A stretch of 30,875 nucleotides of DNA, taken from the IMG/VR virus record IMGVR_UViG_2667527965_000004; one strand, written 5' to 3'. Origin of the DNA: a virus. Taxonomy: Duplodnaviria > Heunggongvirae > Uroviricota > Caudoviricetes. Under the pieces are notes generated by a model. It had not been told where the DNA came from. It was given only the letters and a program-made list of their open reading frames with translations, and searched no databases. Position 1 is the stretch's first letter; each line of letters starts with the position of its first letter. Shown here one piece after another: positions 8,014-18,244 of the stretch. The position numbers were made by a program, and so were the translations under genes.

Positions 8014-9048
8014 TCAGCCGTTGTCAGTGTCCAGTGAGTAGTTTTTAAAGCGGATGACCTCCTGACCGAGCCAGCCGTTTATCTCGCGGATCCTGTCCTG
8101 TAACGGGATAAGCTCATTGCGGACAAAGACCTTTGCCACTTTCTCAATATCACCCAGCGACCCGACGTTCTCCGGCTTGCCGCCCATCAACTGAAAGGGG
8201 ATGCGGTGCGCGTCCAGCAGGTCAGCGGCGCTGGCTTTTTTGATATTAAAAAAATCGTCCTTCGTTGCCACTTCACTGAGCGGGATAATTTTAATGCCGT
8301 CGGCTTTCCCCTGCGGGGCATAGAGAAACAGATTTTTAAAGTTGTTGCGGCCTTTCGACTTGACCATGTTTTTGCGAAGCATTTCGATATCGTTGCGATC
8401 CTGCACGGCATCGGTGACGTACATGATGTATCCGGCATGTGCGCCATTTTCGTAATACTTGCGGCGGAACAGTGTGGCCGATTCATTCAGCCAGGCAGAG
8501 TTAAGGGCGCTGAGATATTCCGGCAGGCCGTACAGCTCCTGATTAATATCGGGCTCCAGCAGGTGAAATACTGAGCCGGGCGTGAAAGGTGTCGGCTCGT
8601 TGAAGGACGGCACCCACCAGTAAACATCCTCCTCCACGCCACGGCGGGTATATTTTGCCGGTGAGGTTTCCAGTCTGATGACCTTACCGGTGGTGCTGTA
8701 ACGCTTTTCCAGAAACGCATTACCGAACACCAGAAAATCCAGCACAAAGCGGCTGAAATCCTGTTGCGAAAGCCACGGATGCGGGATAAATGTCGAGGCC
8801 AGAATATTGCGTTTAACGTAAATCGGTGAGCTGTGATGCACGGCAGCACGCAGGCTTTTCGCCAGACCGGTAAAGCTGACCGGCGGCTCATACCATCTGC
8901 CGTTACTGATGCACTCGACGTAATCCAGAATGTCACGGCGGTCGAGTACCGGCACCGGCTCACCAAAGGTGAATGCCTCCATTTTCGGGGCGCTGGCGGT
9001 CATTGTTTTTGCCGCAGGTTGCGGTGTTTTCCCTTTTTTCTTGCTCAT
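8014..9048 (-). CDS. Q: Portal protein
   Basis: 344 aa, same length and position as P2 Q; operon with P. Confidence 0.88.
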   Translation of the reverse strand: MSKKKGKTPQPAAKTMTASAPKMEAFTFGEPVPVLDRRDILDYVECISNGRWYEPPVSFTGLAKSLRAAVHHSSPIYVKRNILASTFIPHPWLSQQDFSRFVLDFLVFGNAFLEKRYSTTGKVIRLETSPAKYTRRGVEEDVYWWVPSFNEPTPFTPGSVFHLLEPDINQELYGLPEYLSALNSAWLNESATLFRRKYYENGAHAGYIMYVTDAVQDRNDIEMLRKNMVKSKGRNNFKNLFLYAPQGKADGIKIIPLSEVATKDDFFNIKKASAADLLDAHRIPFQLMGGKPENVGSLGDIEKVAKVFVRNELIPLQDRIREINGWLGQEVIRFKNYSLDTDNG

Positions 9049-10820
9049 CAGTAAAACTCCAGAATGGTGGATGTCAGCGGGGTGCTGATACCGGCGGTGA
9101 GTGGCTCATTTAACAGGGCGTGCATGGTCGCCCAGGCGAGGTCGGCATGGCTGGCTTCCTCGCTGCGGCTGGCCTCATAGGTGGCGCTGCGTCCGCTGCT
9201 GGTCATGGTCTTGCGGATAGCCATGAACGAGCTGGTGATGTCGGTGGCGCTGACGTCATATTCCAGACAGCCACGGCGGATAACGTCTTTTGCCTTGAGC
9301 ACCATTGCGGTTTTCATTTCCGGCGTGTAGCGGATATCGCGCGCGGCGGGATAGAACGAGCGCACGAGCTGGAACACGCCGACACCGAGGCCGGTGGCAT
9401 CAATTCCGATGTATTCGACGTTGTATTTTTCGGTGAGTTTGCGGATGGATTCCGCCTGAGTGGCAAAGTCCATGCCTTTCCACTGGTGACGCTCAAGTAT
9501 TCTGAATTTGCCACCGGCCACCACCGGCGGTGCCAGCACCACGCATCCGGCGCTGTCGCCACGGTGTGACGGGTCGTAACCAATCCATACCGGTCGGGAG
9601 CCGAACGGATTTGCGGCAAACGGCGCATAGTCTTCCCATTCTTCCAGCGTGTCGACCATGCAGCGTTGCAGCTCCTCGAACGGGAACACCGACGCCTTGT
9701 CGTCAACAAATTCACACATGAACAGGTTTTTAAAATCGTCGGCGCTGTTTTCGCGTTTGAGCTGCTCAATGTCGAACAGCGTGCAGCCGCCTTTCAGCGC
9801 GTCCTCAATGGTGACAATCTGCCGCCACTGGCCGTCCGCACAGAGAAGCCCACCGGCAAGGGCGTTATGACTGACGTCGATTTCCACGCGTTCGGCGGCG
9901 CTGGCGCGTCCCCGGTTGAACAGTTCACCCGACCAGAACGGGTAGGCGTCGTGCGCCAGCGTGGACGGGGTGGAGAAATAGGTCGAGCGCAGGTGACTCT
10001 GTGAGGCCATACCTGATGCCACCTTACGCAGTACCTGAAAATTCGGGATCCAGAAAATCTCGTCGACGTACAGGTCGCCGTTATGGCTCTGCGCGGTGTT
10101 GGAGTTGGTGCCGAGAAAAATCAGTTTTGCGCCGTTATTGCCCAGGACAATCGGGTCACCGGTCAGGTCAACGTCAACCAGACGGGCAAAGGCGATGATG
10201 TATTCACGGAACACATACGCCTGCGTTTTACTGGCCGACAGAAAAATCTGGTTATGACCGGTTTTCAGGGCGCGCAGCAGCGCCTCGCGGGAAAAATAAA
10301 ACGTCGCGCCAATCTGGCGGGATTTCAGGATATCGCGGATGCGGTGCTCAAGCCCGGCGCGATACCAGTGCAACTGGTAGTCGAAAGACTGCTCAAAGAA
10401 AATCTGCTCCAGCTTTTCGATGGCCTCGTCACTGAAAAAATTCTTTTTCGGTTTGCGCCGCCCGCCTTTGTTGCGGTTAGCGACGTTCGGATTAAGGTCT
10501 GCCTCGTTGCCGGTCTGACTGTAACGGTTGACCCGTGCCAGTCGTTCAATCTGGCGTCCCAGCAGGTCAATTTCCTTGAAGTCACCGCCGGTTTTCTGCG
10601 GTTTGATGATGAGCTGGGTCAGCCGCGCTTCCAGACTCATTTCGACACGGCTGATGGGGGCAACGCTGTCCCAGCCGTCGCGCTGTTTCCAGCTCTGCAC
10701 CGTCGGGCGTTTCATCTGCAACATGGCGGCAATCTGCGGCACGGAAAATCCCTGCCAGTACAGCAGCGCCGCCTGACGACGCGGGTCGTGTAAAAGAGTG
10801 GTGTCTGTGGTGATGGTCAT
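9048..10820 (-). CDS. P: Terminase large subunit (ATPase)
   Basis: 590 aa from ATG at 10820 (MTITTDTT..., GAGG RBS; equals P2 P length). Confidence 0.88.
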   Translation of the reverse strand: MTITTDTTLLHDPRRQAALLYWQGFSVPQIAAMLQMKRPTVQSWKQRDGWDSVAPISRVEMSLEARLTQLIIKPQKTGGDFKEIDLLGRQIERLARVNRYSQTGNEADLNPNVANRNKGGRRKPKKNFFSDEAIEKLEQIFFEQSFDYQLHWYRAGLEHRIRDILKSRQIGATFYFSREALLRALKTGHNQIFLSASKTQAYVFREYIIAFARLVDVDLTGDPIVLGNNGAKLIFLGTNSNTAQSHNGDLYVDEIFWIPNFQVLRKVASGMASQSHLRSTYFSTPSTLAHDAYPFWSGELFNRGRASAAERVEIDVSHNALAGGLLCADGQWRQIVTIEDALKGGCTLFDIEQLKRENSADDFKNLFMCEFVDDKASVFPFEELQRCMVDTLEEWEDYAPFAANPFGSRPVWIGYDPSHRGDSAGCVVLAPPVVAGGKFRILERHQWKGMDFATQAESIRKLTEKYNVEYIGIDATGLGVGVFQLVRSFYPAARDIRYTPEMKTAMVLKAKDVIRRGCLEYDVSATDITSSFMAIRKTMTSSGRSATYEASRSEEASHADLAWATMHALLNEPLTAGISTPLTSTILEFY

Positions 10821-10993
10821 GAATACCTCGCCGTGATGAATACACGGCAAGGCTACTGAGTCGCGCCCCGCGATTCGCTAAGGTGCTGTTGTGTCAGTGA
10901 TAAGCCATCCGGGACTGATGGCGGAGGATGCGCATCGTCGGGAAACTGATGCCGACATGTGACTCCTCTAATCACTATTCAGGACTCCTGACA
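10821..10993. promoter_or_regulatory. Divergent late promoter region (P operon leftward, O operon rightward)
   Basis: Intergenic between divergent P and O; dyad CCGTG-N7-CACGG at about 10860..10876; exact Ogr-type TGT-N12-ACA not found by eye. Confidence 0.4.
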
Positions 10994-11848
10994 ATGGCAA
11001 AAAAAGTCTCAAAATTCTTTCGTATCGGCGTTGAGGGTGACACCTGTGACGGGCGTGTCATCAGTGCGCAGGATATTCAGGAAATGGCCGAAACCTTTGA
11101 CCCGCGTGTCTATGGTTGCCGCATTAACCTGGAACATCTGCGCGGCATCCTGCCTGACGGTATTTTTAAACGTTATGGCGATGTGGCCGAACTGAAGGCC
11201 GAAAAGATTGACGATGATTCGGCGCTGAAAGGCAAATGGGCGCTGTTTGCGAAAATCACCCCGACCGATGACCTTATCGCGATGAACAAGGCCGCGCAGA
11301 AGGTCTATACCTCAATGGAAATTCAGCCGAACTTTGCCAATACAGGCAAATGTTATCTGGTGGGTCTGGCCGTCACCGATGACCCGGCAAGCCTCGGCAC
11401 GGAATACCTGGAATTCTGCCGCACGGCAAAACACAACCCCCTGAACCGCTTCAAATTAAGCCCTGAAAACCTGATTTCAGTGGCAACGCCCGTTGAGCTG
11501 GAATTTGAAGACCTGCCTGAAACCGTGTTCACCGCCCTGACCGAAAAGGTGAAATCCATTTTTGGCCGCAAACAGGCCAGCGATGACGCCCGTCTGAATG
11601 ACGTGCATGAAGCGGTGACCGCTGTCGCTGAGCATGTGCAGGAAAAACTGAGCGCCACTGAGCAGCGCCTTGCTGAGATGGAAACCGCCTTTTCCGCACT
11701 TAAGCAGGATGTGACTGACAGGGCGGATGAAACCAGTCAGGCATTCACCCGCCTGAAAAACAGTCTCGATCACGCCGAAAGTCTGACCCAGCAGCGCCGC
11801 AGCAAAGCCACCGGCGGTGGCGGTGACGCCCTGATGACGAACTGCTGA
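10994..11848 (+). CDS. O: Capsid scaffolding protein
   Basis: 284 aa from ATG 10994 (MAKKVSKFF...), equals P2 O length. Confidence 0.85.
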   Translation: MAKKVSKFFRIGVEGDTCDGRVISAQDIQEMAETFDPRVYGCRINLEHLRGILPDGIFKRYGDVAELKAEKIDDDSALKGKWALFAKITPTDDLIAMNKAAQKVYTSMEIQPNFANTGKCYLVGLAVTDDPASLGTEYLEFCRTAKHNPLNRFKLSPENLISVATPVELEFEDLPETVFTALTEKVKSIFGRKQASDDARLNDVHEAVTAVAEHVQEKLSATEQRLAEMETAFSALKQDVTDRADETSQAFTRLKNSLDHAESLTQQRRSKATGGGGDALMTNC

Positions 11849-11906
11849 CCGGCGTCAGTCAGTCCGGGAAAACCTTCACGATTAACCCTTAATTTCAGGA
11901 AAAACT

Positions 11907-12980
11907 ATGCGCCAGGAAACCCGCTTTAAATTTAATGCCTACCTGTCCCGTGTTGCCGAACTGAACGGCATCGACGCCGGTGATGTGTCGAAAAAATTCA
12001 CCGTTGAACCGTCGGTCACCCAGACCCTGATGAACACCATGCAGGAGTCCTCTGACTTTCTGACCCGCATCAACATTGTGCCGGTCAGCGAAATGAAAGG
12101 GGAAAAAATTGGTATTGGTGTCACCGGCTCCATCGCCAGCACCACCGACACCGCCGGTGGCACCGAGCGTCAGCCGAAGGACTTCTCGAAGCTGGCGTCA
12201 AACAAGTACGAATGCGACCAGATTAACTTCGATTTTTATATCCGCTACAAAACGCTGGACCTGTGGGCGCGTTATCAGGATTTCCAGCTCCGTATCCGTA
12301 ACGCCATTATCAAACGCCAGTCCCTTGATTTCATCATGGCCGGTTTTAACGGCGTGAGGCGTGCCGAAACCTCTGACCGCAGCAGCAATCCGATGCTGCA
12401 GGATGTGGCGGTCGGCTGGCTGCAGAAATACCGCAATGAAGCCCCGGCGCGCGTGATGAGCAAGGTCACTGACGAGGAAGGGCACACCACCTCTGAGGTT
12501 ATCCGCGTGGGTAAGGGCGGTGATTATGCCAGCCTTGACGCACTGGTGATGGATGCGACCAACAACCTGATTGAGCCGTGGTATCAGGAAGACCCTGACC
12601 TTGTGGTGATTGTGGGACGTCAGCTACTGGCGGACAAGTATTTTCCCATCGTCAACAAGGAGCAGGACAACAGCGAAATGCTGGCCGCTGACGTCATCAT
12701 CAGCCAGAAACGCATCGGTAACCTGCCGGCGGTACGCGTCCCGTACTTCCCGGCGGATGCGATGCTCATCACAAAGCTGGAAAACCTGTCCATCTACTAC
12801 ATGGATGACAGCCATCGCCGCGTGATTGAGGAAAACCCGAAACTCGACCGCGTGGAGAACTACGAGTCAATGAACATTGATTACGTGGTGGAAGACTACG
12901 CCGCCGGTTGTCTGGTGGAAAAAATTAAGGTCGGTGATTTTTCCACACCGGCTAAGGCGACCGCAGAGCCGGGAGCGTAA
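11907..12980 (+). CDS. N: Major capsid protein
   Basis: 357 aa, equals P2 N; position after O. Confidence 0.9.
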   Translation: MRQETRFKFNAYLSRVAELNGIDAGDVSKKFTVEPSVTQTLMNTMQESSDFLTRINIVPVSEMKGEKIGIGVTGSIASTTDTAGGTERQPKDFSKLASNKYECDQINFDFYIRYKTLDLWARYQDFQLRIRNAIIKRQSLDFIMAGFNGVRRAETSDRSSNPMLQDVAVGWLQKYRNEAPARVMSKVTDEEGHTTSEVIRVGKGGDYASLDALVMDATNNLIEPWYQEDPDLVVIVGRQLLADKYFPIVNKEQDNSEMLAADVIISQKRIGNLPAVRVPYFPADAMLITKLENLSIYYMDDSHRRVIEENPKLDRVENYESMNIDYVVEDYAAGCLVEKIKVGDFSTPAKATAEPGA

Positions 12981-12983
12981 CCG

Positions 12984-13727
12984 ATGACGAGTCCCGCACA
13001 GCGCCACATGATGCGGGTCTCGGCAGCGATGACCGCGCAGCGGGACGCCGCCCCGCTGCGACATGCAACTGTCTATGAGCAGATGCTGGTTAAGCTGGCC
13101 GCAGACCAGCGCACACTGAAAGCGATTTATTCAAAAGAGCTGAAGGCCGCAAAAAAACGCGAACTGCTGCCGTTCTGGTTGCCGTGGGTGAACGGCGTGC
13201 TGGAGCAGGGCAAAGGTGCACAGGATGACATTCTGATGACGGTCATGCTGTGGCGTCTGGATACCGGCGATATTGCCGGTGCGCTGGAGATTGCCCGTTA
13301 TGCCCTGAAGTACGGTCTGACCATGCCGGGTAAACACCGCCGTACCCCGCCGTACATGTTCACCGAGGAGGTGGCGCTTGCGGCCATGCGCGCTCACGCT
13401 GCCGGTGAGTCTGTGGATACCCGCCTGCTGACGGACACCCTTGAACTGACCGCCACGGCTGACATGCCTGATGAAGTGCGCGCAAAGCTGCACAAAATCA
13501 CCGGTCTGTTTCTGCGTGACGCCGGTGATGCCGCCGGTGCGCTGGCTCACCTGCAACGTGCGACACAGCTCGACTGTCAGGCAGGCGTCAAAAAAGAGAT
13601 TGAACGACTGGAGCGGGAGCTGAAACCGAAGCCGGAGCCGCAGCCCAAAGCGGCCACCCGCGCCCCGCGTAAGACCCGGAGCGTGACACCGGCAAAACGT
13701 GGACGCCCGAAAAAGAAAGCCAGTTAA
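12984..13727 (+). CDS. M: Terminase small subunit
   Basis: 247 aa, equals P2 M; basic C-terminal tail. Confidence 0.85.
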   Translation: MTSPAQRHMMRVSAAMTAQRDAAPLRHATVYEQMLVKLAADQRTLKAIYSKELKAAKKRELLPFWLPWVNGVLEQGKGAQDDILMTVMLWRLDTGDIAGALEIARYALKYGLTMPGKHRRTPPYMFTEEVALAAMRAHAAGESVDTRLLTDTLELTATADMPDEVRAKLHKITGLFLRDAGDAAGALAHLQRATQLDCQAGVKKEIERLERELKPKPEPQPKAATRAPRKTRSVTPAKRGRPKKKAS

Positions 13728-13826
13728 CAACCGAATGCGCCCCGCGCCAGGGCGGCACGCCGGTCAGTGAGGGTGAATCACCTGACACTGTACCGGCGTC
13801 CACCGCCCGACTTTTCAGAGGTAGTC

Positions 13827-14336
13827 ATGATGACGCTGATTATTCCGCGAAAGGAGGCTCCCGTGTCCGGTGAGGGTACGGTGGTCATCCCGCAACCGGC
13901 AGGCGACGAGCCGGTGATTAAAAACACGTTCTTTTTTCCCGATATCGACCCGAAGCGCGTCCGGGAACGTATGCGCCTTGAGCAGACCGTCGCCCCCGCC
14001 CGTCTGCGTGAGGCCATCAAGTCAGGCATGGCGGAGACGAATGCGGAGCTGTACGAGTACCGCGAACAGAAAATTGCCGCCGGTTTTACGCGTCTGGCGG
14101 ACGTCCCGGCGGACGACATCGACGGTGAAAACATCAAAGTTTTTTACTACGAGCGCGCCGTGTGTGCGATGGCGACCGCGTCGCTTTATGAGCGTTATCG
14201 CGGCGTGGATGCCAGTGCGAAAGGCGACAAGAAGGCCGACAGCATTGACAGCACCATTGATGAGCTGTGGCGGGATATGCGCTGGGCGGTGGCGCGTATC
14301 CAGGACAAGCCGCGCTGCATCGTGAGTCAAATCTGA
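13827..14336 (+). CDS. L: Head completion/stabilisation protein
   Basis: 169 aa from ATG 13827 (equals P2 L). Confidence 0.8.
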   Translation: MMTLIIPRKEAPVSGEGTVVIPQPAGDEPVIKNTFFFPDIDPKRVRERMRLEQTVAPARLREAIKSGMAETNAELYEYREQKIAAGFTRLADVPADDIDGENIKVFYYERAVCAMATASLYERYRGVDASAKGDKKADSIDSTIDELWRDMRWAVARIQDKPRCIVSQI

Positions 14337-14539
14337 TGAAGACCTTTGCGCTACAGGGCGACACGCTCGACGCCATTTGTGTCCGGTATTACGGGCGCAC
14401 TGAGGGCGTGGTTGAGACCGTGCTCGCCGCAAATCTGGGACTGGCTGAACTGGGCGCGGTGCTGCCGCACGGCACCGCCGTCGAACTGCCCGACGTTCAG
14501 ACCGCGCCCGTGGCTGAAACTGTCAATCTGTGGGAGTAA
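14336..14539 (+). CDS. X: Tail protein X
   Basis: 67 aa from ATG 14336 overlapping L stop; equals P2 X length. Confidence 0.75.
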   Translation: MKTFALQGDTLDAICVRYYGRTEGVVETVLAANLGLAELGAVLPHGTAVELPDVQTAPVAETVNLWE

Positions 14540-14542
14540 CGC

Positions 14543-14824
14543 ATGACAGCAGAAGAAAAAAGCGTCCTGTCGCTTTTCATGATTGGGGTGCTGATTGTTG
14601 TCGGCAAGGTGCTTGCCGGTGGTGAACCCATCACCCCGCGTCTGTTTATCGGGCGCATGTTGCTCGGTGGTTTTGTCTCAATGGTTGCCGGTGTTGTTCT
14701 GGTGCAGTTTCCTGACCTGTCACTGCCTGCGGTGTGCGGCATCGGCTCCATGCTGGGTATCGCCGGTTATCAGGTGATTGAGATTGCCATTCAGCGCCGC
14801 TTTAAGGGCAGGGGGAAACCGTAA
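14543..14824 (+). CDS. Y: Holin
   Basis: 93 aa with hydrophobic transmembrane segments (VLSLFMIGVLIVVGKVLAGG...); immediately precedes endolysin. Confidence 0.8.
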   Translation: MTAEEKSVLSLFMIGVLIVVGKVLAGGEPITPRLFIGRMLLGGFVSMVAGVVLVQFPDLSLPAVCGIGSMLGIAGYQVIEIAIQRRFKGRGKP

Positions 14825-15321
14825 TGCCGGTAATTAACACGCATCAGAATATCGCCGCCTTTCTCGACATGCTGGCAGTGTCCGAAGGGACGGCGAACCA
14901 TCCGCTGACGAAAAACCGGGGCTATGACGTGATAGTCACCGGACTGGACGGAAAGCCGGAAATTTTCACCGACTACAGTGACCACCCGTTCGCGCATGGC
15001 CGACCGGCGAAGGTGTTTAACCGTCGCGGTGAAAAATCCACGGCCTCCGGTCGCTATCAGCAGCTTTACCTGTTCTGGCCGCATTACCGCAAACAGCTTG
15101 CCCTGCCGGATTTCAGTCCGTTGTCACAGGACAGACTTGCCATTCAGTTGATCCGCGAACGCGGTGCACTGGATGACATCCGGGCGGGACGCATTGAGCG
15201 CGCCATTTCACGCTGTCGCAATATCTGGGCGTCCCTGCCGGGTGCCGGTTACGGTCAGCGCGAGCATTCACTGGAAAAACTGGTCACCGTCTGGCGTACC
15301 GCTGGCGGCGTACCGGCTTAA
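14824..15321 (+). CDS. K: Endolysin (lysozyme)
   Basis: 165 aa, equals P2 K; TAATG coupling to holin. Confidence 0.85.
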   Translation: MPVINTHQNIAAFLDMLAVSEGTANHPLTKNRGYDVIVTGLDGKPEIFTDYSDHPFAHGRPAKVFNRRGEKSTASGRYQQLYLFWPHYRKQLALPDFSPLSQDRLAIQLIRERGALDDIRAGRIERAISRCRNIWASLPGAGYGQREHSLEKLVTVWRTAGGVPA

Positions 15322-15335
15322 ACGGAGTAAACACC

Positions 15336-15761
15336 ATGAAGAAATTATCCCTTTCACTGATGCTGAACATGTCGCTGGCGCTGATGCTGGCACTGTCCCT
15401 GATTTACCCGCAGAGCGTGGCCGTCAGTTTTGTCGCTGCCTGGGCGATTCTGGCGACGGTTATCTGTGTGGTTGCCGGTGGTGTCGGCGTGTATGCCACG
15501 GAGTATGTACTTGAACGCTACGGGCGGGAGCTGCCGCCGGAATCGCTGGCCGTGAAGATTGTCACGTCGCTGTTTTTGCAGCCGGTGACGTGGTGCAGAC
15601 GGGCGGTGGGTCTGGTGGTGATGGTGGCGACGTTTATCTCGCTGGTCGCCGCCGGGTGGATTTTTACCGCGCTGATTTATCTTGTGGCGTCGCTATTTTT
15701 CCGGTTGATGCATACGGCCTGCCGCCAGCGTCTTGAGGGGCGGAAACCATGTCAAGGCTGA
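15336..15761 (+). CDS. lysA: Lysis timing membrane protein LysA
   Basis: 141 aa, multiple hydrophobic helices; equals P2 LysA length. Confidence 0.7.
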   Translation: MKKLSLSLMLNMSLALMLALSLIYPQSVAVSFVAAWAILATVICVVAGGVGVYATEYVLERYGRELPPESLAVKIVTSLFLQPVTWCRRAVGLVVMVATFISLVAAGWIFTALIYLVASLFFRLMHTACRQRLEGRKPCQG

Positions 15762-16174
15762 TGACTGTGCTGGTTGTGTTGTTATCGCTGGCGGTGGCCG
15801 GTCTGTTTCTGGTGAAACACAAAAATGCCAGCCTGCGCGCCTCGCTGGACAGGGCGAACAATGTCGCCAGTGGGCAGCAGACGACCATCACCATGCTGAA
15901 AAATCAGCTTCATGTTGCACTCACCAGGGCAGACAAAAACGAGCTGGCGCAGGTGGCTCTGCGTCAGGAACTGGAGAACGCCGCGAAGCGTGAAGCACAG
16001 CGCGAGAAAACCATCACGAGGTTACTTAATGAAAACGAAGATTTTCGCCGCTGGTACGGTGCTGAGCTGCCTGATGCTGTGCGCCGGTTGCACCAGCGCC
16101 CCGCCTGCACTGACGCCAGTGATTGTCCCCAACACCTGCCCGAAAGTGAGTCTTTGCCCGATGCCGGGCAGTGA
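15749..16174 (+). CDS. lysB: LysB (Rz-like inner-membrane spanin)
   Basis: 141 aa, N-terminal TM helix then coiled-coil-like region; equals P2 LysB length. Confidence 0.75.
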   Translation: MSRLMTVLVVLLSLAVAGLFLVKHKNASLRASLDRANNVASGQQTTITMLKNQLHVALTRADKNELAQVALRQELENAAKREAQREKTITRLLNENEDFRRWYGAELPDAVRRLHQRPACTDASDCPQHLPESESLPDAGQ

Positions 16175-16319
16175 CCCGCAGACGAACGGCGATTTAAGTG
16201 CCGATATCCGGCAGCTTGAGAACGCGCTGGCACGCTGTGCCAGCCAGGTAAAAATGATTAAACACTGTCAGGACGAAAACGATGCTCAAACCCGACAGCC
16301 TGCGCAGGGCGCTGACTGA
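16029..16319 (+). CDS. lysC: LysC (Rz1-like outer-membrane lipoprotein spanin), nested in another frame
   Basis: 96 aa from ATG 16029; lipoprotein signal with lipobox (LMLCAGC); overlaps the 3' end of lysB and the 5' end of R. Confidence 0.7.
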   Translation: MKTKIFAAGTVLSCLMLCAGCTSAPPALTPVIVPNTCPKVSLCPMPGSDPQTNGDLSADIRQLENALARCASQVKMIKHCQDENDAQTRQPAQGAD

Positions 16320-16749
16320 TGCCGTCACGGTGCTGAAAACCAGTCCCGAGATGCTGCGGATATTCGTTGATAACGGGAGTATTGCCTCCACGCTGGCGAC
16401 GTCGTTGTCATTCGAAAAGCGTTACACGCTCAATGTGATTGTGACCGACTTTACCGGTGATTTTGACCTGCTCATCGTGCCGGTGCTGGCGTGGCTGCGG
16501 GAAAATCAGCCCGACATCATGACCACCGACGAAGGCCAGAAAAAAGGTTTCACGTTTTATGCAGACATCAACAATGACAGCAGCTTTGATATCAGCATCA
16601 GCCTGATGCTGACCGAGCGCACGCTGGTCAGCGAGGTTGACGGTGCGCTGCATGTGAAGAATATCCCGGAACCCCCGCCGCCGGAGCCGGTCACCCGCCC
16701 GGTGGAGCTTTATATCAATGGCGAACTGGTGAGCAAGTGGGATGAATGA
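16282..16749 (+). CDS. R: Tail completion protein R
   Basis: 155 aa, equals P2 R. Confidence 0.8.
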   Translation: MLKPDSLRRALTDAVTVLKTSPEMLRIFVDNGSIASTLATSLSFEKRYTLNVIVTDFTGDFDLLIVPVLAWLRENQPDIMTTDEGQKKGFTFYADINNDSSFDISISLMLTERTLVSEVDGALHVKNIPEPPPPEPVTRPVELYINGELVSKWDE

Positions 16750-17194
16750 GTTTAAGCGTTTTGAAGACCGGCTGACCGGACTGATTGAATCGCTGTCACC
16801 GTCAGGGCGTCGGCGACTGAGCGCCGAACTGGCGAAACGTCTGCGTCAGAGTCAGCAGCGTCGGGTGATGGCACAGAAAGCCCCGGACGGCACACCCTAC
16901 GCGCCACGCCAGCAGCAGAGCGCCAGAAAAAAGACTGGTCGTGTTAAGCGAAAAATGTTTGCGAAACTTATCACCAGTCGTTTTTTGCATATCCGCGCCA
17001 GCCCGGAACAGGCATCAATGGAATTTTACGGCGGGAAGTCGCCGAAAATCGCCAGTGTGCATCAGTTCGGTCTGTCGGAAGAAACCCGGAAAGACGGTAA
17101 GAAAATTGATTATCCGGCGCGTCCTCTGCTTGGCTTTACCGGTGAGGATGTGCAGATGATTGAAGAGATTATCCTGGCTCACCTCGACCGTTAG
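16742..17194 (+). CDS. S: Tail completion protein S
   Basis: 150 aa, equals P2 S. Confidence 0.8.
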   Translation: MNEFKRFEDRLTGLIESLSPSGRRRLSAELAKRLRQSQQRRVMAQKAPDGTPYAPRQQQSARKKTGRVKRKMFAKLITSRFLHIRASPEQASMEFYGGKSPKIASVHQFGLSEETRKDGKKIDYPARPLLGFTGEDVQMIEEIILAHLDR

Positions 17195-17260
17195 TTGTGC
17201 CATCCCCGACACCTCATCGTCACATTGCCGCCGGTATGACCCGGCGGCATCCTTCCCGTT

Positions 17261-17896
17261 ATGAACACTCTCGCAAATATTCAGGAACTCGCGCGCGCAC
17301 TGCGCAACATGATTCGCACCGGCGTTATCGTCGAAACCGACCTTAACGCCGGTCGCTGCCGTGTGCAGACCGGCGGCATGTGCACTGACTGGCTTCAGTG
17401 GCTGACCCATCGCGCCGGACGTTCGCGCACATGGTGGGCACCTTCCGTGGGGGAGCAGGTGCTGATTCTGGCCGTGGGCGGTGAACTTGACACGGCGTTT
17501 GTTCTGCCGGGGATTTATTCCGGCGATAACCCCGCGCCGTCTGCGTCGGCGGATGCCCTGCATATCCGTTTCCCTGACGGGGCGGTGATTGAGTATGAAC
17601 CCGAAACCAGTGCACTCACGGTAAGCGGAATTAAAACGGCCAGCGTGACGGCTTCTGATTCTGTTACTGCCACGGTGCCGGTGGTCATGGTGAAAGCATC
17701 AACCCGCGTCACCCTGGACACACCGGAGGTGGTCTGCACCAACAGGCTGATTACCGGCACGCTGGAAGTGCAGAAGGGCGGGACGATGCGCGGCAACATT
17801 GAACACACCGGCGGTGAACTCTCATCAAACGGTAAGGTACTGCATACCCATAAACACCCCGGCGACAGCGGCGGCACAACCGGGAGCCCTCTATGA
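17261..17896 (+). CDS. V: Baseplate spike/assembly protein V
   Basis: 211 aa, equals P2 V. Confidence 0.85.
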   Translation: MNTLANIQELARALRNMIRTGVIVETDLNAGRCRVQTGGMCTDWLQWLTHRAGRSRTWWAPSVGEQVLILAVGGELDTAFVLPGIYSGDNPAPSASADALHIRFPDGAVIEYEPETSALTVSGIKTASVTASDSVTATVPVVMVKASTRVTLDTPEVVCTNRLITGTLEVQKGGTMRGNIEHTGGELSSNGKVLHTHKHPGDSGGTTGSPL

Positions 17897-18240
17897 CAGC
17901 GCGTTATCTCGGAATGAATCGCAGTGATGGCCTGACTGTCACTGACCTTGAGCATATCAGCCAGAGTATCGGCGATATCCTGCGCACACCGGTCGGCTCA
18001 CGGGTGATGCGTCGTGATTACGGCTCGTTGCTGGCGTCAATGATTGACCAGCCGCAGACCCCGGCGCTTGAGTTGCAGATTAAGGTCGCCTGTTACATGG
18101 CGGTGCTGAAATGGGAACCCCGCGTCACCCTGTCATCCGTCACCACTGAGCGCAGTTTTGACGGGCGAATGACAGTTACGTTAACCGGCCAGCACAACGA
18201 CACCGGCCAGCCACTTTCGTTAGCCATCCCTGTGAGTTGA
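17893..18240 (+). CDS. W: Baseplate wedge protein W (T4 gp25-like)
   Basis: 115 aa, equals P2 W; overlaps V stop. Confidence 0.85.
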   Translation: MTARYLGMNRSDGLTVTDLEHISQSIGDILRTPVGSRVMRRDYGSLLASMIDQPQTPALELQIKVACYMAVLKWEPRVTLSSVTTERSFDGRMTVTLTGQHNDTGQPLSLAIPVS

Positions 18241-18244
18241 AACC

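Noticed and set aside
10821-10993. Ogr-type late promoter dyads (TGT-N12-ACA) upstream of O, V and FI
   Set aside because: Only imperfect versions were found by eye (for example TGT-N10-ACA at about 17204 and TGT-N12-CAC near 10960); not confident enough to annotate individual sites.
13131-13730. Long antisense ORFs from the track overlapping structural genes (for example 13131..13730, 17015..17563, 18662..19375 and 28184..29218 on the minus strand)
   Set aside because: They lie opposite genes with exact P2 length matches in a GC-rich backbone where spurious open frames are common; no RBS or functional context.
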